A DNA stretch of 64,000 nucleotides from Carcharhinus longimanus (Eukaryota), in the NCBI GenBank assembly GCA_030264375.1, contig JASCQW010000150.1, positions 23,169,407 to 23,233,406 of the forward strand, given 5' to 3'. Made by a program: the position numbers and the translations under genes. The notes under the pieces are model-generated. The model worked only from the letters and a program-made list of their open reading frames with translations. It was not told where the DNA came from and searched no databases. This document shows, piece after piece, positions 40,986 through 52,503 of the stretch (within the stretch, counting starts at the first letter, position 1; each line of letters begins with the position of its first letter).

Positions 40986-43519
40986 TTGGTCGCTGCTGTT
41001 TGTAGGACATTACTACTCTCAAATTGGCTGTGTGTTCGTCCATAAAGCAATTTTAAAATGATGAGTGGTTATAAAGCACATTGGGACATCTCAAGGTCTA
41101 GGCACTACACAAATGTAAATTCTTACATGAAATGGATAAAGATTATTTTATTCTAGCATACCTTAATGGCAAAGCTACATTTAGAAAGATATTAATGGAT
41201 TGGAGAGCCTTTAGAAACGAAACAAAAATGAATCTCAGATTTAAAACTCTGAAATTATGATGACAGACTCATTTAATCAAGCTTGTTTTCGTCAGAGAAG
41301 AAAAAAGTATGTACTGCGCGGAAGGCTTTCATGTTCATTATTAACAGCAAAACAACGTATAATGGATATGTTAATTATTTTGCTATAAATAGCAAACAGC
41401 AGAAGTCTCGCCCTTTGAATTTAACAATTCTGAAAGAGATATACTATAGATTCTGCAAATCTTATTCAACTAGTCTTGACCACTATCACAAACACCCCTT
41501 CCCCATCCCAACCCTCCCACCCACCTGCTCTGCTAAAGATAGGAGAGACAGAAAAGGATAAACTCATGCCACGTTGCATTTCATCCTCGAAACCTTTCTT
41601 CACCTATAAGCTTACAGAACAATTACTGCCAGCCTGTTTGCTGGGGAGTGGGAGTGGGAGGGTGGTAGAAAAGATATCATAGCTTGGTTTAACCCTATGC
41701 TTACATAATGTTCACATACAGATACTTTCCAGCAGATGTCATTAGACAAAGACCAAGTGCAAAATACCTTCTTCTCCCCACACAAGGCGAATTTAAAGCA
41801 AAATGTATTGCAGCCAATGCACTACAATGCCAAAAATTAGCTAATTCAGCACAGATCAGGGATTTCTTTAGTTTATACAGTGGAGCCTGCCAAGAAAGGG
41901 GAAAGCTCTAGGCAAGAGATTTAATTAAAATTATATTCATAGAAATAGAAGACAAAAGAAAAAAATCTCAACCACCACTTTTGATTATCTATGTTAACAG
42001 TGAAAAAGAGTAAGCAAGTACTGGCAAAATTAGTTAACTCTTTAAGATTTAAATTTACAGCAAATAATTAAATCTTAAATATTGATGATCAAATATTTAA
42101 TAAAATACAATCATTCCTACCATAAATTAACCATAGGCAGTCACTCCAGTTATTTAATTTAAATGCCAGCAGGAGTCTGAAATATTAGGTGTACACCATA
42201 GGTACTACTCATCAAAGGAGGTCAGAAATTACAGACTGGTTCTTCTGAATGGACATTTCATTCACTGATGTTGCCATCATATGTTTCCCACCGTTTGGGC
42301 TTTGAGATTAATTTCATTCTTCCCCCCGAACAGAACATCCAAACATTAACCTTTGTTTTAGGGTATGGAAACTATGCTATCTGGAACAGGATGGTCTGTC
42401 GGGTGGGACATTTCCAGTGTACGCTTCCTCCCCTATCGTTAATCATAGCAAAAATGTGTAAAGCCAACATAGTGGCTGAATCTGGGAGTTTCCTTCTTAT
42501 GTTGCTAGTTATTTTTCTGCAGATGATTTTGTGGCATTCTCAGAGAGAACTTCTCCTTCCAAACTAAAAGAAAAGTCCTGCTCTCTTACTTTCACATAAT
42601 GGACTGACCGCTAAATGGTTAACTTTCAAGTGTTCTAGATATTGAAGATATGGTAGCTAATGTTGTCTGAACACATGAAAATATACTGATGTTAATTTTC
42701 AGAGGGAAGCATAGGAGATGAACTTATCTCAAAAGGTTCCTAAATGTAACAATAACACATTTGTTCTGGTAGCATGACAACATGCAAGTTATTAGCAAGA
42801 AAATTAACACCTAAAAGGAAAGAAGTGGCAGAGGAATTTAAAATAAATGAAAAACAGTAGCATCAATTAATTATTTTCTGGAAATATTCATTAAGGAGGA
42901 TAATGCTGACTTGCTAACTTAATTGGAGTATAGTACAATGAATATCCTACAAGATCTGAAATTAGTGTGGAGGAAAAACTTGGTAGGTAAAAGGAACTGA
43001 AAATGAACTAATTCACTGAGTTAAGGGGTATATATCCAAGAGTCAAGATTAGGGAAGAGGATTGTGGGCGCTGGCTAGTCAGAAGTGAATGATTGATTGC
43101 TGCTGATATTCTGGAGGAATTAAAGTTAGCAAGTGCAGCATCTATATTCATAAAAAGAGAATAAATCTAAACCTGCCAATGAGCAACACGTTAGTCCAAC
43201 ATCAATAATAAAATATTGAAAACTATTCTAATGAATGGGCTGCACAAGAGGCTAATAACTTATGAACAAGCAGTCAATATGGATTTGGAAGATGTAAATC
43301 CTGCATGACGAACCTCCTCAATCTATTTGAGGGCATTATAAGTAGAGATTGAGTCCCCTCCAATTAATCTCCGACCTCGCATGTCCCGCTCCCACAGCCA
43401 GTGAGAATGGAGAATTTGGCGCTCAGTCAAATTCCAATTATTGCAGTGGGACTGGAGAATCCCTGCTACAGGCGAGGTTGGAGAATTCCGACACTGGATT
43501 TTTTCCCTTAGCAACAACA

Positions 43520-44195
43520 TCCCGATGGGAAGCTTCGTACACCCATGATATCTATCCCTGATCCTAAAAACCTATCCATCACCAGCTCCGGAATATTACC
43601 CATTCTATCACTGACTGAATCCTTTGTCATTTCCAGAATTAACTGATCCAAATCCCATTTTACCCTCAAAATCCCTCCTTAGTACTCCCAGTCGTCCTCA
43701 TTAGTGTCCCACTTTCCACCCTCCAGAAACTCAGCTTCTCCAAAACTTTGCCATCCATATCTTGTCCTGCATTAAGATATACTGGTTCTCCACCCTTTCT
43801 TCCAAATTTCACCATTCTCCAAAATCTTAAAATTTTTAACTATATCACTCCATGAATCTATCCCACTTTAACTTTGCAAGCTCTTCCAGTCCTGTAACTC
43901 CTCTCAAAATCTATGTTCCTGTGACTCTTGAGTTCTGTCTGTTCCCACATATTCTTCCCCATTCCTTTCACCTCATCATTCATGTCAGAGTCACCCAACT
44001 GCTTTAGTCCTATACTGTGAAAATCCTTCCTCAAATCCTTTCCATTTTCATCTGCCTTTAAAAACCTTCTCAAAATCCATTTCTCCAATAAGTTTTTTAA
44101 TCATCCCCCTACGCCAATTCTCTCAATCTTGGCTCAGCATCCATTTTCTGTGAAAAGTTTTGTAATGTTTTATTCATTAAAAGGTGTAAGTAAAT
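43520..44195 (+). mobile_element. Old L2 3' fragment
   Basis: tttgtcatttccagaattaactgatccaa resembles FV.SR.DY.N. Pyrimidine-rich, ending aaaggtgtaagtaaattcaag. Confidence 0.6.
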
Positions 44196-44555
44196 TCAAG
44201 CTGTTAAGACTTATATTTTCAGAAACGATTTGATAAATGTTCACAGGAAGGACTTCCAACAAACTAAAAATCATGGGGATCCAAGAATAACAAGAGCTGA
44301 ATAAGAGTGGTATCAAAAAAGAAAACAAAATATTTTTGAGAGATACAGTGGCCAAACTGGTAAGGTATAAGAGGATACAGAGCTAAGGGAGCCCTTTACA
44401 AACCAATTAAAGTGTAGAGATATGATCAACTTGTTACATGCCCAAAAATAAGGCCAGTATCACTCTGAATTTGCAAAAATAAATTGTCAATAGGTTTTAG
44501 AAAAAGGTGCATTTACTTAATGGTTACTGCATTTGGAATAATCTCTGTCATGTAT

Positions 44556-44876
44556 GGCACAGTGGTTGGCACTGCTGGCTCACAGAGCCAGGGAGCCGCA
44601 TTCAATTCCACCCTTGGGTGACTGTCTGTGTGGAGTTTGCACATTCTCCCAGTGTCTGCATGGGTTTCCTCCGGGTGCTTCTGTTTCCTCACAGTCACAA
44701 AGATGTGCGGGTTAGGTTGATTGGCCATGCTCAATTGCCCCTTAGTGTCAGAGAGATTAGTAAGGTAAATATGTGGGGCTAAGGGGATCGGCCCTGGGCA
44801 GGATTGATATTGATGCAGGCTCGATGAGCTGAATGGCCTCTTTCTGCACTATAGGGATTCTATGACTTTATGATTC
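44556..44876 (+). mobile_element. HE1-type V-SINE (tail B)
   Basis: Head, V-domain and tail gctgaatggcctctttctgcactatagggattctatga. Confidence 0.9.
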
Positions 44877-46197
44877 ATTGGTTTGTACACTCAGCCATTC
44901 AAGACGAATTCTATTCAAAGCTTTAGAACAGAAGTATTATAGGAAAAACAACGTCTAATGGAGTCAGATTATACAACTTTTAACATGGCTCACATTAGAC
45001 CATGACAAATTAAATATTTAGTTTTCTTTGCTTTGTTGTATTTATAAAAGGCTTGCATTAAAAGCCAAAAAGGAACAAAGTAAAAATGGAACTTTGTGCT
45101 CTTTCTATCCATTACAACACTACTAATTTTTGCGTTGCTGCAGAAACCACAGTCCTTAAAAATTGACAAACAAGATAATGTAAAAAATGCCTGTATAAAA
45201 ACAATGGCACAGTTATAACTGCTTGTTGCAAGTTTACTATATATAAGTTTGTACATTTACACCCATCAGACTAGATCATATTTTGTATCATATGTTCTGC
45301 TTCGCACAGCTTGTTTTACTTTGTGCCTTTTTTCTCCATGGAATAGGAACTCGGGCACAGTGCAAAAACAGACTAATGACTATCAGCCTGTTTTCCACCT
45401 GGCATTGACTGACTTTGTCCAAATGTGCTCACAAAAGTAGTACTGTACTACCCAATCTTTAAAGGTATACGACCATGAATATCTGGTTTGCAAATGGCCA
45501 AAAATGGCAACAGAACCACAAGTATATGGCAATATTTTTGATGAAGATGTCAAAATGTGATATTAATGTGAAGGATTCATACAAGTATCAAGTTTTATCC
45601 ACACTTACTGTACTTAAGATCTCCATATCTAATGCCACGTTTCATTGCTAGGATGGCAGATTAAGCTACACAGTAATAGCCCCACAGTTGTGCTTCCTGC
45701 CCAACATCCTTAATGATTCGTCATCTTCAGGAATATACCGATCTGTGTAATAATTTTATGCATATCCTGCCCAATTATCTGATGGCTCATCCAACTTTGA
45801 AGACTCATAGCTTATCCTTCTGACTGTTGTCTGTTGTTACTGGTTGTGGCTATTATATTCTGTACAATGTACAGAATATAACTACTGGTTCATTATTCTT
45901 GTGATCCATACACTATAATAATCAGAAGGTGAAGAATTTGAGCCTCACTACAGACAAGCCCAGACAGTCAAGACTAGAATAAGGTCAATAAATGTGAATA
46001 TCCAGGTGGGGTACACATATCCAGACAGAGTAAACATTGATCCAATTGGGATGCTTGTATCAGACAGATATACATTCCCCTTCCTGCATTCAGCATTATA
46101 AAATGGTTGGTTCTTTAGCCATGATTGCACACCACTTAGGAGAAGATGTAAGAACCGTAAGGAAAGCAACAATAGCCACCTCAGCTTTACTACCTCA

Positions 46198-47690
46198 TTT
46201 TTTAAATTAATTCATGGGATGTGGGCATCACCGGCTCAACCAACATTTATTGCCCAGCCCTAATTGCTCTTGGGAATGTCGTGGTGAGCTGCCCTTTTGA
46301 ACGACTGCAGGTCATGTGGTATAGGTACACCCACAATACTGTCAGGGAGGGAGATCCAGGATTGTGACCCAGTGACAGTGAAGGAACAGCAATACATTTT
46401 CAAGATAGAATGGTGTGTGACTTGGAGGGGAACTTCCATTTATGATGCTCCCATATGTCTGCTTTCTTTGTTTTTCTAGATGATGGTGGTCGTGGGTTTC
46501 AAAGGTGCTTCTAGGGAGCCTCGGTGAGTTCCTGCAGTGCATCATGTGGATGGTATACACAGATGCTACTGAATGTCAGTGGTGAAGGGAGTGAATGTTT
46601 GTAGAGATGGGATGCAGTAAATGGGCTGATTTGTCCTGGATGGTGCTTCTTGGAGTGTTGTTGGAGTTGCATTCATCCAGGCATGTGGAAAGTATTTCAT
46701 TACACTTTTGACTTGTGCTTAGTAGGTGGTGCACGGGCTTCAGAGATCAGGACACTACTCACCGCAGGATTCCTAGCCTCCAATTTCCTCTTGTAGCCAC
46801 AGTATTTATATGGCTAGTCCAGTTCAGTTTTTAGTCCCCAGGATGTTGATAGTAAGGGATTTAACAATTGTAATACAATTGAAAGTAAAGGGACGATGGT
46901 TAGATTGTTTCTTGTTGGAGAACGGAATTGCCTGGCACTTGTGTGGCATGAATATTACTGGCCACTTGTCAGTCCAAGCCTGGATATGATCCAGGTCTTG
47001 CTGCATTTGGACATGGACTGCTTCAGCAACTGAGGAGTCATGAATGAAGCAGAATGCATTCTTCAGTGAACATCCACCTTCCTGGCCTTATGATGGAAAG
47101 AAGGTCATTGATGAAGCAGCTGAAGGTGGCTGGGCCTAGGATACTACCATGAGGAACTCCTGCAGTGATGTCCTGTGTTGAGATGATTAACATCCACAAC
47201 CACAGCCCATCTTCCTTTGTACCAACTATGATTCCAAACAGCATAGAGTTTCCCACTGACTCCAGTTTCACTAGGGCTCCCTGATGCCACACTTAGTCAC
47301 ATGCTGCCTTGATATCAATGGTAGTCACTCTCACCTCACCTGTGGAATACAGCTCTTTTGTCTATTTTTGCACCAAGGCTATAAAGAGGTCAAGAGCTGA
47401 GTGATCCTGGCGGAACCCAAACTGAGTGTCAGTGAGCAGACTATTGCTGAATAAGTGCCATATGATAGTACTGTTGAATATCCCTTCTGTCACTTTACTG
47501 ATGATCGAGAATAGACTGGTGGGGCGGTATTTGGCTGGTTGGACTTGTCCTGCTTTTCGTGTACAGGACATACCTGGGCAATTTTCCACATCGGGTAGAT
47601 GCCGGTGTTGCTACTGCACCAGAACAGCTTGGTTAGGGGTGCAGCAAGTACTGAAGCACAATTCATTACCAGTGCCGGAATATTATCAGG
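46198..47690 (-). mobile_element. CR1-superfamily LINE RT remnant with intact 3' end
   Basis: YRPTSLFSIISKV..QFGFRQDHSALDL (ORF 47362-47589), GVPHGSILGP..FINDL (47038-47292) and DLDHIQAWTDKW (46824-47006). The 3' tail is at 46198-46270. Confidence 0.88.
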
Positions 47691-49164
47691 CCCGTAACTT
47701 GGTTAACATTACATGCAACACTAACTACACTGCTCACAAATCCCCTGCTACCTGTCTACCACCAAAACTATAGTCCAATCCCATACAGCAGAAGCAACAC
47801 TGCAGGTGATCCACTGGCAACAAAAAATATTTCTGCATGAGAATTCTGCATTACAAGAAATGTGCTAACATTCTGGAACATAATACCAGCCTGTTTAGTA
47901 CAAATAGGATTTGCCATTATATATTTAAGTCAAAACATTACATTTCATTTAATATGCTGATTCCAAGGAGATTTTGATTGATTCCAATATTGATTTCTCC
48001 CTTGGATATTTAGAGTTTCCAACAATCGGCTGGTGAGCAGAATATTAAGTTTAAGGCCCTTGTGTGCTATCAAGCAGAAACGTTGCAACTTTGTAAAATG
48101 GAGCATGCAACCAAAAGTCCAAAGTACCAAAAAAAGACTTAAATTTGTTAATAAAACAAACATTCGATGCTAGTACTATATCTATACTGTGCGTTGTCCT
48201 GCTTATCGAGGACAGAAAGATTCAGTGACAGATTTAGATGAAATTCTTTTTTCCATATGGAGGAAAATGTAGAAAGATGATAGCAGCAAGGGTACTGGAG
48301 AAATAACCACTGCTCTAAACAAATTCTGTCTATGCAGATGAAGGGGAGCCATTTGGAATGTACTGAGGCAATTCTTAAGTCCTATAGGTGTCGTCATTTC
48401 AAAACAGCATCCCTTCATCCAGAGAAAATTTTTCCACTCCCTGAATGTCTCTTTATCGAAGTTAGGAGTAATACTGCTGGAGAAATTGGACACCTTTCAC
48501 ATTTCAGACACCCCAGTGTTAACATTAAGTACTTTCAGTCAGGTACAACTCAACAAAAAACAAAGATAAGTTCCCTTCACTTATGTCCCAACAACGTGTT
48601 TTTTCTCTAACTTCAGAGAAACAGCCCTAACAGCACTGGTGTGACATTAGCCATTTCCAACAACAGCATCCTGCAACCTCCCTGATTGTGCGTGCCAATA
48701 ATTGCTGACTTAGGGACAGTCTGTGCTTTGGATCGAACTGTCTAAATTAATTTCAAATAGGATCTTTATAACCAACAGAGGACCCATCAGTCTGGAATAA
48801 ATCCAAATAACTTGTAAAGTAAAAAGCTAGCATGCAAACCAGTTCTCTGACACAAAATATATTTGCTGGTAAATTACTTTAGTTTGCCCCTTGGACAGGA
48901 GAACTATTACCTATTCCAATTATATTTTTTTGTTTTTGGCTTGATTTAAAATACAGCAATGATTAAGTACACTTTATGACTGAATTGCAATATAAAATGC
49001 AAACTGAAAGTGAGAAATTACTACTTAGGTCATCGAGCCTGTTCCTTCCTGAGATCAGGTCAAATCTATCAAGTCACAGGTCCCACCCCATCTACTTAAT
49101 ATCATCAGGAGAAATTCCACGTAAAAACATACTGATCGCCAAGGATAATTCGACAAGACTTCAG

Positions 49165-49520
49165 AATATTTGTTGCCTATCACTTGTTGTCCTTGAGTTG
49201 AATAGCTTGCTAGGCCATTGCAGATGGCAATTAAGAATCAACCACACTGTTGTGGGTCTGGCATCAGACGTAGGCCAGACGAAATAAGGATAGCAGATTT
49301 CCTTCTCTCAAGAACATTAGTGAACCAGATGAGTTTTTACAACAATTAATAATTGTTGTTAAGGTCACCATTACTGAGACTAGCTTTATATTCCAGATTT
49401 TTTATTAACTGAATTTAAATTCCACCAGTTGCCATGGTGGTATGTGAACCCTGTCTCCATTACATTAGCCTGCACTTTTGGATTACTGGTCTAGTGACAT
49501 TATCCCATGTTACCGTCTCT
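49165..49520 (-). mobile_element. Older copy of the SINE family at 36556
   Basis: Reverse complement shares ggttcactaatgtt..gaaggaaatctgc..tccttat..gtctggcctac. Confidence 0.82.
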
Positions 49521-50789
49521 ATTAAATAACTGTGGTGCTTTCCAAACCTCCCTCCTCCCACAATATATTTCAAAAGTCTCAAAATGCAAAAGAACCATCA
49601 TGTCTCATGGTTTGTTTGATAATCCAAGTCTGGACCATTGAAAACTTCCAATACCTTTCCTGACCAGATTATATATTCATTCCAATTACACTTCTCTGCT
49701 GTAAGGGGAAAAGTTTTTCTAAACCCTAGACTAACTGGAGTCTTGTTGGTGCTTAAAGTCCTTAGGGCCCTAACCTGAGTGCAATCCGTATAGCCTCTAA
49801 GAGTCCTTTTCGGTTGGTTTGAATACTCCGGACTCTGAGAAAACAGTTGGAGTTTGCGCAGTGTAAGCTCTGTCTAAACAAATTTTGCAAGAGGATCTGT
49901 CTAAAAAGAAAGGCCCTGCCAAAGTTGGTAGTGGCCTTGGCACAAATTCAAAATTGGATGTAGGCCTTCAGGTGTTTTCAGTCTATTTATTGTGCTTCTT
50001 TTACACTGCAAAATGGGCAATTGTTTTGAATTTAGCCTCAATCAGTTTGAAGTTGTTGCCCCCAAGTTATGTACTCACACATTAGGTTACAAAATGGAAT
50101 CATAGAATGATATAGCATAGAAGGTGGCCTTTCAATCCATTGCTGGTTAGTTTTAATAGCATTTGGAATTAATAACATGTTGTATATTGTCTTAAACATG
50201 TAACTAGATTTAAATTTACTTTGCTTGTCATCTACTGAAAAGGTTTTTTTTAAGTGGGTTGCATTAACCATTAGATAAACAGGACCACCAGGAAAATTTT
50301 TTCTCTCCCTGGGACAGCTGGTTTCATTTAAGACACGATGGAGGCCAGTACTAAACTCACAGCATCCCATTTTGCACCTGGAAAGTGCAGCTAGGAGCCT
50401 GAAACTGAGAGGAGTAACTTGGCACTGATGTAACAGGGTGAAGTGAACAAAAGTGATGATCAGTGATAGGAGGGAATCTTACCTTATGTTTAATACAACC
50501 CACTTTAAAAAAGCTTTTCAATAGGCTGCAAGCAAAGTAATCTGAATTCATGATACTTGTTCAAAACTATTAATGACCAACATGTTGTTAATTGCAAATG
50601 TCATTTAAGCTAATCAACAATGGATTGAAAGTCCACCTTCTGTGTGGCATCATTCCATGATTCCATTCTGTGATTTTATGTGTGTGTAACTTGGGGGCAA
50701 CAACAATTCTGAAAAAAACAGGCCCTAATTTCAAAGCAATTGGCCATTTTGCAGGTGTAAAAGAAACCTGCAGTTTGGTAGCGCTATCA

Positions 50790-51245
50790 AGTGAGTCCCT
50801 TTCTCTTCTTTTCCAATAACCCTGTAATTTTATTTTTTCCCCTGCAATTATTTATCTAAATCCCTTTGGAAATGACTATTAAAACTGCTTCTATCATTCT
50901 TTCAGGCACTGCATTCCTGATCACAACAATTTACTGTGCAAAATGTGTCCTCAGGTTAGCACTGGTCCTTTTGCCAATTATCTTAAAGCTGTGTCCTCCG
51001 AACCGTCTGCCACTCACAGCAGATTGTCGATATTTAAACTATTAAAACCACTCATGATTTTGAAGGCTCCATCAAATCTTCTCTTAACCAGCATCCCCCA
51101 CTACAACAGCTCGGTCTAATAGGACGACTCTCACCTTATAGTACCATTTCAGCAAATCTTTTCTGCACTTTTTCTTAGGCCTTGACATAATTCCCAAAGT
51201 ATGGTGCCCAGAATTCAACAAAATACTGCAACTGAGGCCAGCCAC
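50790..51245 (-). mobile_element. Old CR1 3' fragment, with its extreme tail displaced to ~50098-50143
   Basis: Reverse-complement CR1 C-terminal motifs (tggtgcccagaattcaacaaaatactgcaactgaggcc; ttcaggcactgcattcctgatcacaacaa). Confidence 0.7.
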
Positions 51246-51252
51246 CATATTG

Positions 51253-51825
51253 AAGATATTAGGGAGATCAAACACAGATTAGATGACCACTTTGTGGTGA
51301 CACTTCCATTCAGCCTGATCTTCCAGTTGCCTCTCATTTGAAATCTCTGCTACATTCCCACTCTGAACACGGCCTGCGACATTGTGAAGCCCAATGTAAA
51401 CTTAAAGAATAGCACTTCACCTTTCCATCAGGCACCGTATGGCCTTCCACACTCAATACTGGGTTCAACCATTTCAAATCATAATCATTGCCCCCATTTT
51501 ACAAAGGATTTTTGTGTGGCAGTTCTTGGCAATGATCCTGCTTTACCCATTTACACCTCCAGTAGACACATTTTTGTTTCTTTATTTGACTCACCGCCAT
51601 TCCCACAGAATCCCTACAGTGCAGGAGGCCACTGACCCACTGAATCTGCACTGACTCTCCAAAAAGGATCTTATCCAGGCCTACCCCCTGTCCTTTCCCT
51701 GTAAGACCTTTTTGTCTTGCATCATAATCCCTTTGTCCTTACATCTCTCCTGCCTTCCCTTCGATCACAGATCTTCAATTTTGTTCACTCCCCACGTTAC
51801 ATTTAAGCCTCGTCTCAGTTTTGAA
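51253..51825 (+). mobile_element. Old Penelope-like GIY-YIG remnant (second family) plus 3' UTR
   Basis: Broken reading resembling IGExKxRLxDxF...PDLPVASH...EAQCKLKExHxxF...LNxGFNHF at 51253-51478. Interrupted by an HE1 tail fragment at ~51603-51705. Confidence 0.65.
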
Positions 51826-52199
51826 CTTCTAGCTGCCCACTTTTCAGGTGCAAAATGGGATGCTGTGAGTTTAATATTGGCCTCTGTCATTCCTTAAATG
51901 GAACCATCTGCCCCAGGGAGACAAAACATTTCTGTGGTGATACTGTTCATCATGTGGTTTAATACCCTCCTTAAAAAAAAACTTTTCAGTATTTTACAAA
52001 GTAATTTTAATTTGTTATGCTTGTTTATGTAACATGTTACGAGTTACAAATGTCATTAAAGCTAATTAACGAACTATCATATTTTTGTTTTTTTAAATGT
52101 GAGCTTTTTTGCAGGGAATGGAACTTTTTCATTTTGATCTCTATGGCAGCATCAAACACTAGTAGTTTAACATATTGTACTTCTAGTTGCAAAGAAAAA

Positions 52200-52503
52200 G
52201 TTTAAAGTTTATTTATTAGGGTCACATGTAGGCTTACATTAACACTGCAAGGAAGTTACTGTGAAAACCCCCTAGTCGCCACACTCTGGCACCTGTTCAG
52301 GTACATGGAGGGAGAATTTAGCATCATCAACGCACCTAATCAACACATCTTTAAGACTGTGGGAGGAAAATGGAGTACCCAGAGGAAACCCACACAGACA
52401 AGGGGAGAAAGTGCAAACTCCACACAGTCAGCCAAGGCCAGAATTGAACCTGATGGGTCCCTGATGCCATGAAGCAGCAGTGCTAACTGCTGTGTCACTG
52501 TAC
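52200..52503 (-). mobile_element. V-SINE (tail type A)
   Basis: Full-length homolog of 11682-11990. Confidence 0.9.

Larger units (their letters stand above)
49996..52070. repeat. Local inverted duplications
   Basis: 49996-50270 is inverted at 50488-50765, and 50144-50475 is inverted at 51755-52070. Confidence 0.88.
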
